DNA of 51,088 bases, counting the filler, from Bipalium vagum (Eukaryota), in assembly GCA_037834085.1 (NCBI GenBank). It is 3 parts of 3 records of this genome, joined end to end, with 100 filler letters (N's around TTAATTAATTAA, not from the genome) between each part and the next. Parts side by side here need not be neighbours in the genome. Positions count along the whole stretch, not along the records: positions 1 to 16,248 come from JBBMKC010120496.1; positions 16,349 to 34,843 come from JBBMKC010023446.1; 1 more part is not named here. One strand, given 5' to 3'. Numbering within the stretch: position 1 is the stretch's first letter; every line of letters begins with the position of its first letter. Below, in pieces: positions 11,906-22,200 of this stretch. The notes beneath the pieces were generated by a model, which was not told where the DNA came from, did no database searches, and saw only the letters and a program-made list of their open reading frames with translations. Position numbers and translations under genes: made by a program.

Positions 11906-13479
11906 AATTAATTATTATTATTTATTGATAAGTATTAATTAATTATCAATTTTATAAATAATGTTTCACTTAAATAACAAATACAATTAATGAAAATAGT
12001 TAAATATTATTGACCAGTGTTTATAAAGATTTTAATTGAAATTAATAAATAATTAGTAAATATATTAATCAATCAAAATAATAAATTAAGAACTAATTAT
12101 ATTTTTATTTCGATGGAACAGTTTTAAAATTATCTCAATAAAACAGGTCGAAATTAAATTATTTCGATAAATTATTATTGATTAAAATTATTTTTAATTA
12201 ATCGGAAAAAACACTATTAATCCATTAATTTTTTTATTTACTAATTTGTATATTGATTTCTGAGTTTTTTTAATTAATGTTTATAACAATCTCTCACGAT
12301 CACAATAAATTATTCAAAATTGTTTTTTTTTGTTTTTTTAAAATGAAACTCGTAGATTTATCTAAAATTTTGTTGATTTTATTTAGTTGAAAATGTTCAC
12401 TATTTTGTGTCATCAGGTACATATTTAGATTACTCAAAATTAGTCCATGATAACTGTAAGCAATATTTATTTAATAAAGTAATTTAAATTTCAAAACGGC
12501 ATTATTTAGATAGGCTGATAAAATCTTCGAAATATGCCTAATAAAAATAAAACTGTTTTGAATATCTTTGTTTTTTTAATGAAAATCATCGAGAAATCTG
12601 GTAACACAGGAAGAAATTATTCAGTATATAACTGTTAGAAATATGTAAGACATCAACAGTCATCAGACATCAATGGTGTACTTAAACTTAGAAGAAGCCT
12701 AGATTAGAGTAGAAGCAAGAATTTTAGGAAAGTAATCAAGAAATAAATGGTAATGGTATAGTTAATATTGTTACTGAAGATGCCGGAAGTATATTTAAAA
12801 GACAACTTTCATAATATTTCGGTACACCCGGGTCATCCATGTAATATATGTGATCTACGCTGCACAACTTATTTAGACTGAGTCACATAGAAATTGTGTT
12901 CGACAGAAATATCTATAACGATAGACGTTATATGACACTATAGTCAGAATCACTTTAAAAGTTTTTACACAAAAAGAACCTCTAGTTCGGCATCCAATCA
13001 TGCAATACAGCATTCAATTGGAAATATTTTTTTCATCTAAATCTTTAAAGATAGTTTATAAATCCCAATGAAAATTTGTATTTTGATGCAGGAAAGCGTT
13101 GAGAACAACCTTTACCAATTTCAAATAACTCTATTAGCTTCCGTTCCTCTTCAATTGATAAATATATTCTCTTTTCTTTTTTTACCCTTGTTACAAATTC
13201 ATAAAATAAAAAACATATTCAAACTTTATTTATTTAAAACAAACCAATGTTCATTGTTCACAATGACCAAGAGGGTCAGTTGGTTTTGATTTTTGAAAAT
13301 CAAAGAAAGAAAAGCAAAAAAATATTTCGATATGAAAGAATTTTCTAAAGAGACATTATCCATAAGATTTACAATATGGATACACAAATAACATATTGAT
13401 CTGGCCAATTTTTCACAATTTAAAATTTTTGAAAATAAATAAAATTTACGGCATTAACAATTAATCAATATAAACTTAC

Positions 13480-13604
13480 TCAGAAAATGAGCTGTGCTTT
13501 CAATCACAAGCAGTATTGAAATTATCAAGATCAGAATTACTGAATAAAATTCTTACATCTGTCTTAAGAAGTATTCAATTACCGAATATTAAAATGGTCC
13601 ACAT
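13480..13604 (-). CDS. Candidate signal-peptide/TM-encoding exon pair (13583-13604 and 13480-13539)
   Basis: ATG at 13604, a 43-nt gtaatt..ttcag intron and a strong gtaagt donor at 13479. Spliced product is MWTILIFVILILIISILLVIESTAHFL, and this is the only open frame in the second exon. Confidence 0.5.
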
Positions 13605-14035
13605 AGAAGGTTGACCTAAAATAACAAATTAAAAGTTGGAACCTTTAAATTGAAATGTTCAGAATTTAATTTTCTAAATATATATGTATTTAAAAAACAA
13701 GTGCTTGGCGTCAAAATGTATTTATTTACTAAAATAATAATAAGATGCCCATTTCCTCCTTATTTCAGGTGAAAATATCAATATTTTTCTATTTCAAATC
13801 GAAGTTTTATTTAAAATAATAAAAAGTATATTTATAAATGTTTGTTCAGTTTTCATTGGCTCAAATTATTTTAAAAAATGAATTCCATTTTTAAAATTTC
13901 GCAACGTATACTTTCTTATAATAATTTCATTATAGTTTTTAAAGGTTTTTTCCCCTATAATTCACAATCATATTTTTGTGTTAATCGAACCTTTTAGGAA
14001 GCTATACAATTGACATAATGAATTTTCAAAAAAAT

Positions 14036-15234
14036 CTAAATAAAGAATGATAAATTGTTTAAATACATTATTTTTAAACTAAAAAAATTTAAATTTGAAT
14101 CATTAATTGATTTAATTTATGCAAAGGTTTTTAATATCTTGCAAAATAAACATACGCTATTTCTAGCAATTTTTTCTTTTAGATAAGTCCACTATTTATA
14201 GATGGACTAAACTAATAAAAGAGGGAAAATCATTACTTGCTCGAAATTCCCCTGGACGTAAAAGAACCGCAAGAACGAAAACATTTATCAAAAAAATTAA
14301 CAGAAACCTTACAACAAACAAAAAAAGAAATCAGCTAAAAAGTTAGCTTTAGATTTCAAATGTTCAAGAGGAACTATTGGAAATATTATACATAATGGCT
14401 TGGGATTTAAGTGCTACAGGAAAATAAAAGTTCCCTATCTATCTGAGTCCCAAATCAATAGACGAAAGACGTGCGCATGTTGGTTAAGAAAAAGATTTAG
14501 TAAACAGGCAGTGAACAAAATAATGTTTAGTGAGAAGAATCTTTTGTTGCAGATGGTCAGTTTAATCCACACAATGACGTCGTTTATGCTGTGTCTAGAA
14601 AAGATGCAAATTTAAAAGGTGGACTTTTTCCAAAGAGAAAATATCCTTTGAAAGTGATGGTATGGGTTGGACTGACATATCAGGGTCTGACGAAACCTGT
14701 ATTCTTACAAACAAAAACATCTTTTGATACAAGATTTTATATATCAAATGTACTTCCAATCGTTGCAAAATATGGAATGGAGCTCATTGGAAGCGATTTC
14801 ATATATCAGCAGGATGGTGCTAGCTGTCACAGAAAAAAAGAAACGATTGCGGCATTCAAAAAGACTGGTATTTCAATAATAGCTCCAAATTATTGCCCAC
14901 CAAATTCACCAGAAAGTCTTCTTGATTATTTCTTTTGGGATGAAGTATCAGAGAGACTGAAAACAAAAAATTGAAAATCGTACAAAACTGATTGAAAAGA
15001 TTAAAGAAACAATTACACAAATTCCATTAAATATAATTCGCCAAGCCATCGATTCCTTTTCACAATGTATTTTGGTCATAGACAGACACAAAGAAGGGTT
15101 AATAATAAACTGTTTTAATTAAATAAAATTTGGTTTTATTCTTCATTAAATACTTTTAATTGAGTTATTTTAACATTATGATGTCTATGTCAAACGTTAT
15201 TCAAAGAATTATCATTCTTTATTGGCCACCCGTT
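14036..15234 (+). mobile_element. Decayed DD37D (maT-like) Tc1/mariner element
   Basis: Motifs MFSE, KVMVWVGLT, YQQDGASCH and CPPNSPESLLDYFFW (36 residues between the two D residues, one short of DD37D). Right end attatcattctttattggccacccgt(TA) has a partial inverted match aataaagaatgataa near 14039. Confidence 0.9.
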
Positions 15235-15597
15235 ATATTTATTTCCGGAAGTTATTGAATTTATTTGATTCGTCTTTTTAAATTTTATTGTAACTGATTG
15301 AAAAGATTAAAGAAACAATTACACAAATTCCATTAAATATAATTCGCCAAGCAATCGATTCCTTTTCACAATGTATTTTGGTCATAGACAGACACAAAGA
15401 AGGGTTAATAATAAACTGTTTTAATTAAATAAAATTTGGTTTTATTCTTCATTAAATACTTTTAATTGAGTTATTTTAACATTATGATGTCTATGTCAAA
15501 CGTTATTCAAAGAATTATCATTCTTTATTGGCCACCCGTTATATTTATTTCCGGAAGTTATTGAATTTATTTGATTCGTCTTTTTAAATTTTATTGT
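14986..15597. repeat. 306-bp tandem duplication (14986-15291 / 15292-15597)
   Basis: Near-identical copies with one visible mismatch (gccaagcCatc versus gccaagcAatc) and AACT microhomology at the junctions. Confidence 0.95.
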
Positions 15598-16248
15598 AAC
15601 TCTTGCGGTTTTTTAGACATAACCTGTGTTAAACTGTCATCCAACTTGATATACACATCTGTTTTTAAACATGATGCCATTTATAACTTATATGTAATAA
15701 AATGACCGGTAAACCTAATAACGGTTTGTCGAATTATGTAATACTTATAAATAAATAATGTTCAAAGTTGAGAATTTATAAAAGGATCTATTTTTATGAT
15801 GAAAAATTTAAACAAATTCACGATATCTCCTTGACATATCTTTATACTCATTTTCTGACATTTTTCTAACATTATTCATTAATTTAATATCATTACTTTT
15901 ATTTTGTTTTTCAATGATTTAAACCTTAGCACCTATCGTCTACATTCAGAGAATGAGAAGAAACTTGTATTAAATTAATGTGAAAGAATTTTAATTGGAT
16001 CTATTTTTTTCTAGAATGAAATCATTGATTTAATTTTGAAATATTGCGGTTTATTTTTAAAGAATTTAACAAGCTAAGTTTCATTAACCACACGGCCTAG
16101 AAAAGCTTGTTTAAATTTTTTTCTAAACAAACGATATTTTTTCTGTTAAATAGGTAATTAAAGATGTTCCTAAATCTGGTCAAAAGAGATATTGACCATC
16201 AGAATTATATTTGTAATAGAAGGAAGGTTTTTTTATGCAGTGCTTTAA

Positions 16249-16348
16249 NNNNNNNNNNNNNNNNNNNNNNNNNNNNNNNNNNNNNNNNNNNNTTAATTAA
16301 TTAANNNNNNNNNNNNNNNNNNNNNNNNNNNNNNNNNNNNNNNNNNNN
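16249..16348. other. Assembly gap: N44-TTAATTAATTAA-N44 artificial linker
   Basis: An identical 100-nt construct occurs at 34844-34943. The linker has stop codons in all six frames. Confidence 0.97.
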
Positions 16349-16884
16349 ATTACTACATGAATTATGAAAAGTAAATATATTGGAGTGTATGAATTGTTTC
16401 CATAATGGTTTTCATATTTTAATTAGAAAATTTATTTTGATATATATCACTACAGTGATATTGATAAATATCACTAGTACATCTGAAAGGGTTGCAAATA
16501 AAGAATTATGCTTAGTGATAATAAGTGTCATAAATATTAAGTTGTATCAAAATTTCCGTGAATTCAGATTCACATAAACTATAATAAAATTATATGGAAA
16601 AAATAACAACAAAAAAACCTCGATATAAAATTTTTTATATTCATTTTAATATAATTATAAATTCAAATGCATTGATTTTATTTAAACAAAACTTAAAAAT
16701 AAATTTTTATATGAAAATATCAATGATATCAAATTTTTAATTGTTATTAAAAATATAAATTTTGATAAAAGAAAATTATACTATCAAAATCACGGCGAAT
16801 TTTGATACAACATAATACAAATATCGCACCAAATTTGTCTCATTTCTTAACGTCGTAAATACATTATTAATGAATAGATATCGT

Positions 16885-16933
16885 TATACCTCTGTGATAT
16901 GTAGAATAGGATTCTACATATCACAGAGGTATA
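16885..16933. repeat. Perfect 23-bp inverted repeat with a 3-nt loop
   Basis: tatacctctgtgatatgtagaat AGG attctacatatcacagaggtata. Confidence 0.95.
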
Positions 16934-17079
16934 TGATACATATAGAAGCACCAGTTATTTTTAAAATCCCTTGGATCTTTCAAAGATACCGTGAAGACAC
17001 TCACAATTATCTAGAAAACTAAGATAAAAAAACCCACCATAAAATAACAATATCACAAGCAAATCAACAAAAATTTATC

Positions 17080-17545
17080 TTCGTAGGTACTGGAAAATCT
17101 TATTGATGATTACTTTGGGAAACATCTTAACTGGGCATGAGATATGTATGAGAAAAAAATAGTATAAGGTTTATAAGGATATTTTGGAAAAGATGGTTAG
17201 TCCATCTGGGAGACGATTTTTTCAAGAGAAGTATATATTTATTCTTGACAATAAGCCCATACATACTACCGATATATGCAAACCTTACTTGGAGGAGTTA
17301 GAACAGCAGAATATCCTTCTCAATCGCCAGATTTTAACCCTATTGAATTACTGTGGGATGAATTGGACAGAAAAAATCGACAACAGCCATCTTCAGCAAA
17401 GAGTCTATGAGAGACACTACAAATACAATCGCTTTCAATAACACCAGAAATTCTACCGAAATTTCTAAATTGTATGCCGAGGACTTGAGTAGCTGCTATT
17501 AAAAATCACGGAGGCTACTTTGATGAATGTTATGTATGATATAAA
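17080..17545 (+). mobile_element. Tc1 (DD34E-type) 3' remnant
   Basis: FILDNKPIHTTDICKPYL and a frameshifted PSQSPDFNPIELLWDELDRK. Confidence 0.85.
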
Positions 17546-17725
17546 ATATTTTTCTTCTTAGTTCGAATAAATAAAGAGGATTTTTAAATTTTATAAATAA
17601 ATTAAATCTAAAACATTTGTCATAAACAAAGTATTTTATTTAAAAATGCGAGTACTTTAGATCAGTAGTGTATATGATAAGACACATAAGTATTTTATCA
17701 CAACTCCGTAAGAACTTCGAAAGTA

Positions 17726-18420
17726 TTAGGTTGGTGCGATAGAAATTGCCGTTTTCGACATTTAAATTTAAATCAATATGACACACTCGTAACAAAAGTT
17801 TATTAATCAAAATAACCATTCGATTGAAAACGCTTTTCCAATAGTGAAACAAGTTTATTTATTCCAGTCAAAGAAAAGTCTGGTTTTCTGGAGGTGACGA
17901 AATCGTTAAAGGCAGTTTTGAAATCGTTCTGGTTCTTGAAGGTTTTTTCAAGAATGAATGAAGTCAGGTATTTGAGAAAATTATGAAAGGTCCGGTGAGT
18001 AAGTGGAGTGAGGTAGAATTTCGTATCCCAATTCGTGCAACGTGTGCACCGTCATTTTTGAGACTTATGATCTTGCATTGCCTTGCTGAATGACTGTTAT
18101 TTTTCAGTTGACTAATCCCGGGTTTAAACGTAGAAGCTTGTGGTTCATATTATCGATTTCTTAGGCATATTTCTCCGACGTAATTGTTTCATTTTGTTTT
18201 AGGAAGCTGAAGTGTATTAATTCCGCTCATGGCCACCAAACCGTCACCATCAACTTTTTGTGTAAATTCGGCTTAGGAAAGATCGTGGAGTTTGGCCACG
18301 ATTTAACCTCTGACTATATCGTTTCCTGTTGTCACATACCAGCCATATCTCGTCAAAGTAATGCTCGATGCATCGAAGACGTTTGATGACTCTCCAAAAT
18401 TCAGAAAATTGGTGGTATGC
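17726..18420 (-). mobile_element. Mariner remnant, 3' half
   Basis: Classic TIR (TA)ttaggttggtgcgatagaaattgccgttt, with ELGYEILPHSTYSPDL, QQGNARS and VMVTVWW-like motifs. Confidence 0.9.
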
Positions 18421-18833
18421 AATGGTCCACAAGAACAATAACCTTAAGAAAAAAACCTAGAGTACATTCAGAAATAAAATGACGGTCTTGAAAAAATCGA
18501 TTAAATTTTTTTCTACAGACAAAATCGACAGATCACTCAAATAAGTCAATAACAAAATTTTATTTAATTAAGAATAAACGAAATATTTTTTTAAAAACAT
18601 TATATAATGATTAAAACAAAATTAGTGAATTCTTAGTTATATTTATAAATAATAATGAAAATTAAATATTAAGTTGTCTCAAAAGCACCTCAGAAATGCA
18701 GAAATATCATAATTTGGGGTTTTCTATAACGATAAAAATGAAACGTTTAATTTGTCATTAATTAAAATCGTAATTATAAATATAACAAAAATATAATAAA
18801 TAATAAATAAAATAAAGATCATTTAAAAGCAAC

Positions 18834-19400
18834 CTGTTGAATTGCCCAGGGCATGGTTAGTAGAGATGCACCAATCATCGTGTTCCAAAGAGAAAAACTA
18901 TAGCCTGAAATCACTATGAAAAGAACAAAACAATCTCACATTGTCACCAAATTGCTTTGACTATTTTTAACATTTCCTTGAAGAGGTACAGTAAATAAAT
19001 TATGTGCAAATAAAGAAATTGACGAATTCAGAAATCCCAGCCGAGAATAATAACGATTACGGTATAATGATGATGACAAATCGACCTTAATTCTCAATAA
19101 TCAGTCATAAATTAAGACGTTTTTTACTGTATTTTCACTTTCTATTAAGTTCTCTGAATCTAAATGGTTTACATAATCATGATCTGATGACTCTGAGTTT
19201 CTGTAAAACGGAATTCAATAATCTTCGAATCATTTTCACAATCATACCTGACATCAGTTGCCTGTGAAGCATGTTCAGTGGTTTGTTGCACATAACCGTA
19301 ATTCCTGTTGAAAAGTAAATCAAGAAATACATTTAATGTAATACCTATTTAAAGTATATTTTAAAAGATTTGTTTTCTCATTAGTTCTTTGTGGAATCAT
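18834..19400 (-). CDS. SLC38A9: Lysosomal amino-acid transporter/arginine sensor SLC38A9, first five exons (19345-19400, 19248-19304, 19128-19200, 18940-19085, 18834-18897); 3' exons not found
   Basis: Four phase-consistent introns of 40-47 nt give MIPQRTNEKTNLL...RNRYYSRLG...QSNLVTIFSLWNTMIGASLLTMPWAIQQ. This matches the SLC38A9 motifs YYSRL and SLVTIF.IWNTMMGTS.LS.PW...Q. Confidence 0.92.
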
Positions 19401-19849
19401 TAAAATTTTATTATTTAATAATCTAAACAAAATAGTGTCATTTAAAATTCATCATATCACTTTAAATAAACAAAATGTAGATTTCATTAATGAAGATTAA
19501 TTTAAAAGTTAGAAATATAATTCTTAATAAAGTTGAAATGAAAAAAATGTAAAAATATAAATTTACTATATAAAAATACTATATTTATTTATAATTTGAT
19601 TTACTGAAAAATTCTTCTAACAAAAAATTAAAATTCAGAATGGGAAAAATTAACTTTAAAAAGGATATAATAAGAAATTAACATGTTAAATGACTGTGTT
19701 AGAAATTCTTAGCAAAATGAATTAAAAATGGTTTTTACTAAAATTCTTTTTTTTGAAGAAGTTTCAACAGTATAAGAACTAAGTATTTTGAATAATGAAA
19801 TATGCATGAGTCAGATTTAGCGTGTTGGTTAATATGAAAATATTGGGAT

Positions 19850-20010
19850 ATGGATACTGACTGAGAAATGTAGAATGTTTATATTTGCTGATGACCTTTT
19901 TACTGCGAATCTTGATTTTTGAAGAAATGCTCAGAATTGAATCTAAGATTTATGGAGCGGTAAATGGATATGGTGCCAAGAACATAAAATTACCACTTAG
20001 AGACTCAGAT
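19850..20010 (+). mobile_element. Possible LINE reverse-transcriptase fragment
   Basis: CRMFIFADDL, followed shortly by KIYGAV (FADD.KIY pattern of CR1/L2-type elements). Confidence 0.45.
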
Positions 20011-21183
20011 GATTTGGAGACCAAATTTTTACTCTGATCTTATTTTACTCTCTGAGGCAGTATTTTTGACATCCAGGATTTCTGTTGTTCAAAAAACAAA
20101 AGAAGATTTTTAGGTTAACTGAGTATTTTAACTAATTTTGCGCTCTTTATAGATTCTATTATTTGCACTTCCTGAGACAGAGTTGGTGAACTAAATTACG
20201 ACCATATCTTACAAGTCTCCAGGTAAGATACTTACCAAAATTAGGTAGTAAATAATTTTTTTAATTTATTATTTTTTTATTATATTAAATGAAAAGTAAA
20301 TAATATTAACTTATGTTATGAAGGAAATGATAAAGACAAGAATTTCATATTTGGCAGATCCCGATCTTTATTGATCATATCGAAGAACCGAATCAGTAAC
20401 AAGAAGGTTATTTATTAATAAAAAGCTTGAGGTCTATGATCTGCAATGGATTTCTTTTCCCAATGGTTAAAACTGATATATCACAAAAAATTCTCGAATA
20501 CGAGGAGTCACCATAATAATTAATGAGTCGTAAATTTGTTTCGCGGATTGTTTTACGTCTCAAAAATAATATTTCAGGAGAACTCGAAATTCGTGATTTT
20601 CAATTTTCATATTGATAATTTTTATTGACAACTTTGAAATGTGATATAATTAAAAAATTTTTATGTATTTATCTGAAATTTCGGATGTTACATTTTTAAT
20701 TCCTAAATTGTTTATTAACAAAGTTTAAAAACAGTAATGCTAAAATTTGTTTTATTTTTCACGTACTTATTGAACCGCCTACGTAGAATGAATAAAAATA
20801 TTTTAACGAATATAGACAAAAATTGAACCATGTTACTTGTGTTGAGGTTCGATTCCTATCTTATAATCTCTGTAAATAAACTTTTGGCAAAAAATAAAGT
20901 TTAATTAATACGCTGGCCAATTTAAAATTATACATTTTAATTATTAATTATTAATTTAAAATTAATTAAATAAATGTTGAAAAATAAATTTTAAATATTA
21001 CATAGAAGCAACTACTTATTTCTAATCAGTAGCATGTTATCCTAAAATTATCAAATTATAATAATTTTAATAAAATAAATTTTAAGTAGTATCAACTACT
21101 GATTTTTAGTCAGCAGTATGAATTTATAATACTTTAATTTTTAGAAATTTATTTTATTTTTAGTAACAATTAAATATAGAAGG

Positions 21184-21300
21184 TACGTCATGATTGACAG
21201 CTTAACTGGCCAATCAGAGACGTTAAAATGAACAGTAAAATAGTATATAAGCCAGCGAAACTTCATTATTTTTCGCCCAGAAAATTATCAGGTATGAGTT
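21184..21300 (+). promoter_or_regulatory. Compact Pol II promoter-like module
   Basis: TACGTCA (21184), GGCCAATCAG (21208), TATATAAG (21244), Inr-like TCATT (21263) and a splice-donor-like CAG|GTATGA (21292). Confidence 0.5.
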
Positions 21301-21780
21301 TGATAATTTTATTTTTGCTGACCAGGGTTTTCCCTGGCAAAGCTTTTTAATTAAGAGTAACTGCCTTGCAGTTTGTTTGTTAGTGTTTGATAAGACTGTC
21401 TGCTGCAGTTTGTTTGTTTATTAGACGGTTTTATTAAAAGAGTCTTACCCTCATTTTATTAATATACTTTTAAAGAAGTTATTTTTGTGTTTTTTGGTGC
21501 GAGCTCAATAGTTAAGCCCATAGCAACCTTAGTGAGGTCAGATACGCTAAGTAGTAGGTTTGCGCCAACACTTGTTATAAACCTCGAATGAGATTGCCCA
21601 AATGTACTATCTCTATTAGGTCGACCTTTACTCTTAAAATTGTTAGGTTTTGAGGGATAATAATAATAGTAATCGTTGAATAATAATAAATTTTTAAATA
21701 ATAATAATAATAATAATAATAAAAATAATAATAATTTAAAATTAATCATAATAATTTTTCTAAGAATAAATATTTTTTTG

Positions 21781-22200
21781 TGTCATTTGTATAATGACAA
21801 AATCCCGCTGTGGGGATTATTTTTTTGATCAGGCTAATGGATTCCTGTCAGGAATCCATTAGCCTCGACAGAAGAGAGACTATCTCAGCGTGGAGATAGT
21901 GAAGGGCTATTGGGAAAAATAACCGTCTCTGAGCGTAGAGATTGGTGATCATAGATCAATCTCTACGCATATAAAGGGAGACGGCTATTCCCGTTGATGG
22001 CCAGAAGTATCCAGATAAATCAGTGCGCAAAGAGAAATCAGTATCCAGATTCAGTACGTAAATGCCGAAATAACTGATTATGCAGCCGGATTTATTCGCA
22101 GTTATGCCGTCGGATTTTTGCAAGGGGACCCAGCGAGCTTGGGAACCCCTAGGCGACCTGAGAATGGCTTAGAGGGTGACCCGGGGACCCCTTGTCGCTC
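21781..22200 (+). other. Array of seven consecutive stem-loops; candidate structured RNA or element terminus
   Basis: Stems at 21781-21799, 21801-21818, 21831-21865 (perfect 17 bp), 21879-21900, 21905-22002 (nested), 22065-22114 and 22121-22194. GC-rich island with no ORF. Confidence 0.7.

Noticed and set aside
12600-13050. Possible Helitron-associated fragment (GHPCNICDLR)
   Set aside because: Only one short Cys motif. Too decayed to call.
21459-21749. 96-aa minus-strand ORF with an apparent signal peptide
   Set aside because: The poly-Leu/Tyr N-terminus derives from (TAA)n low-complexity DNA, and there is no recognisable domain.
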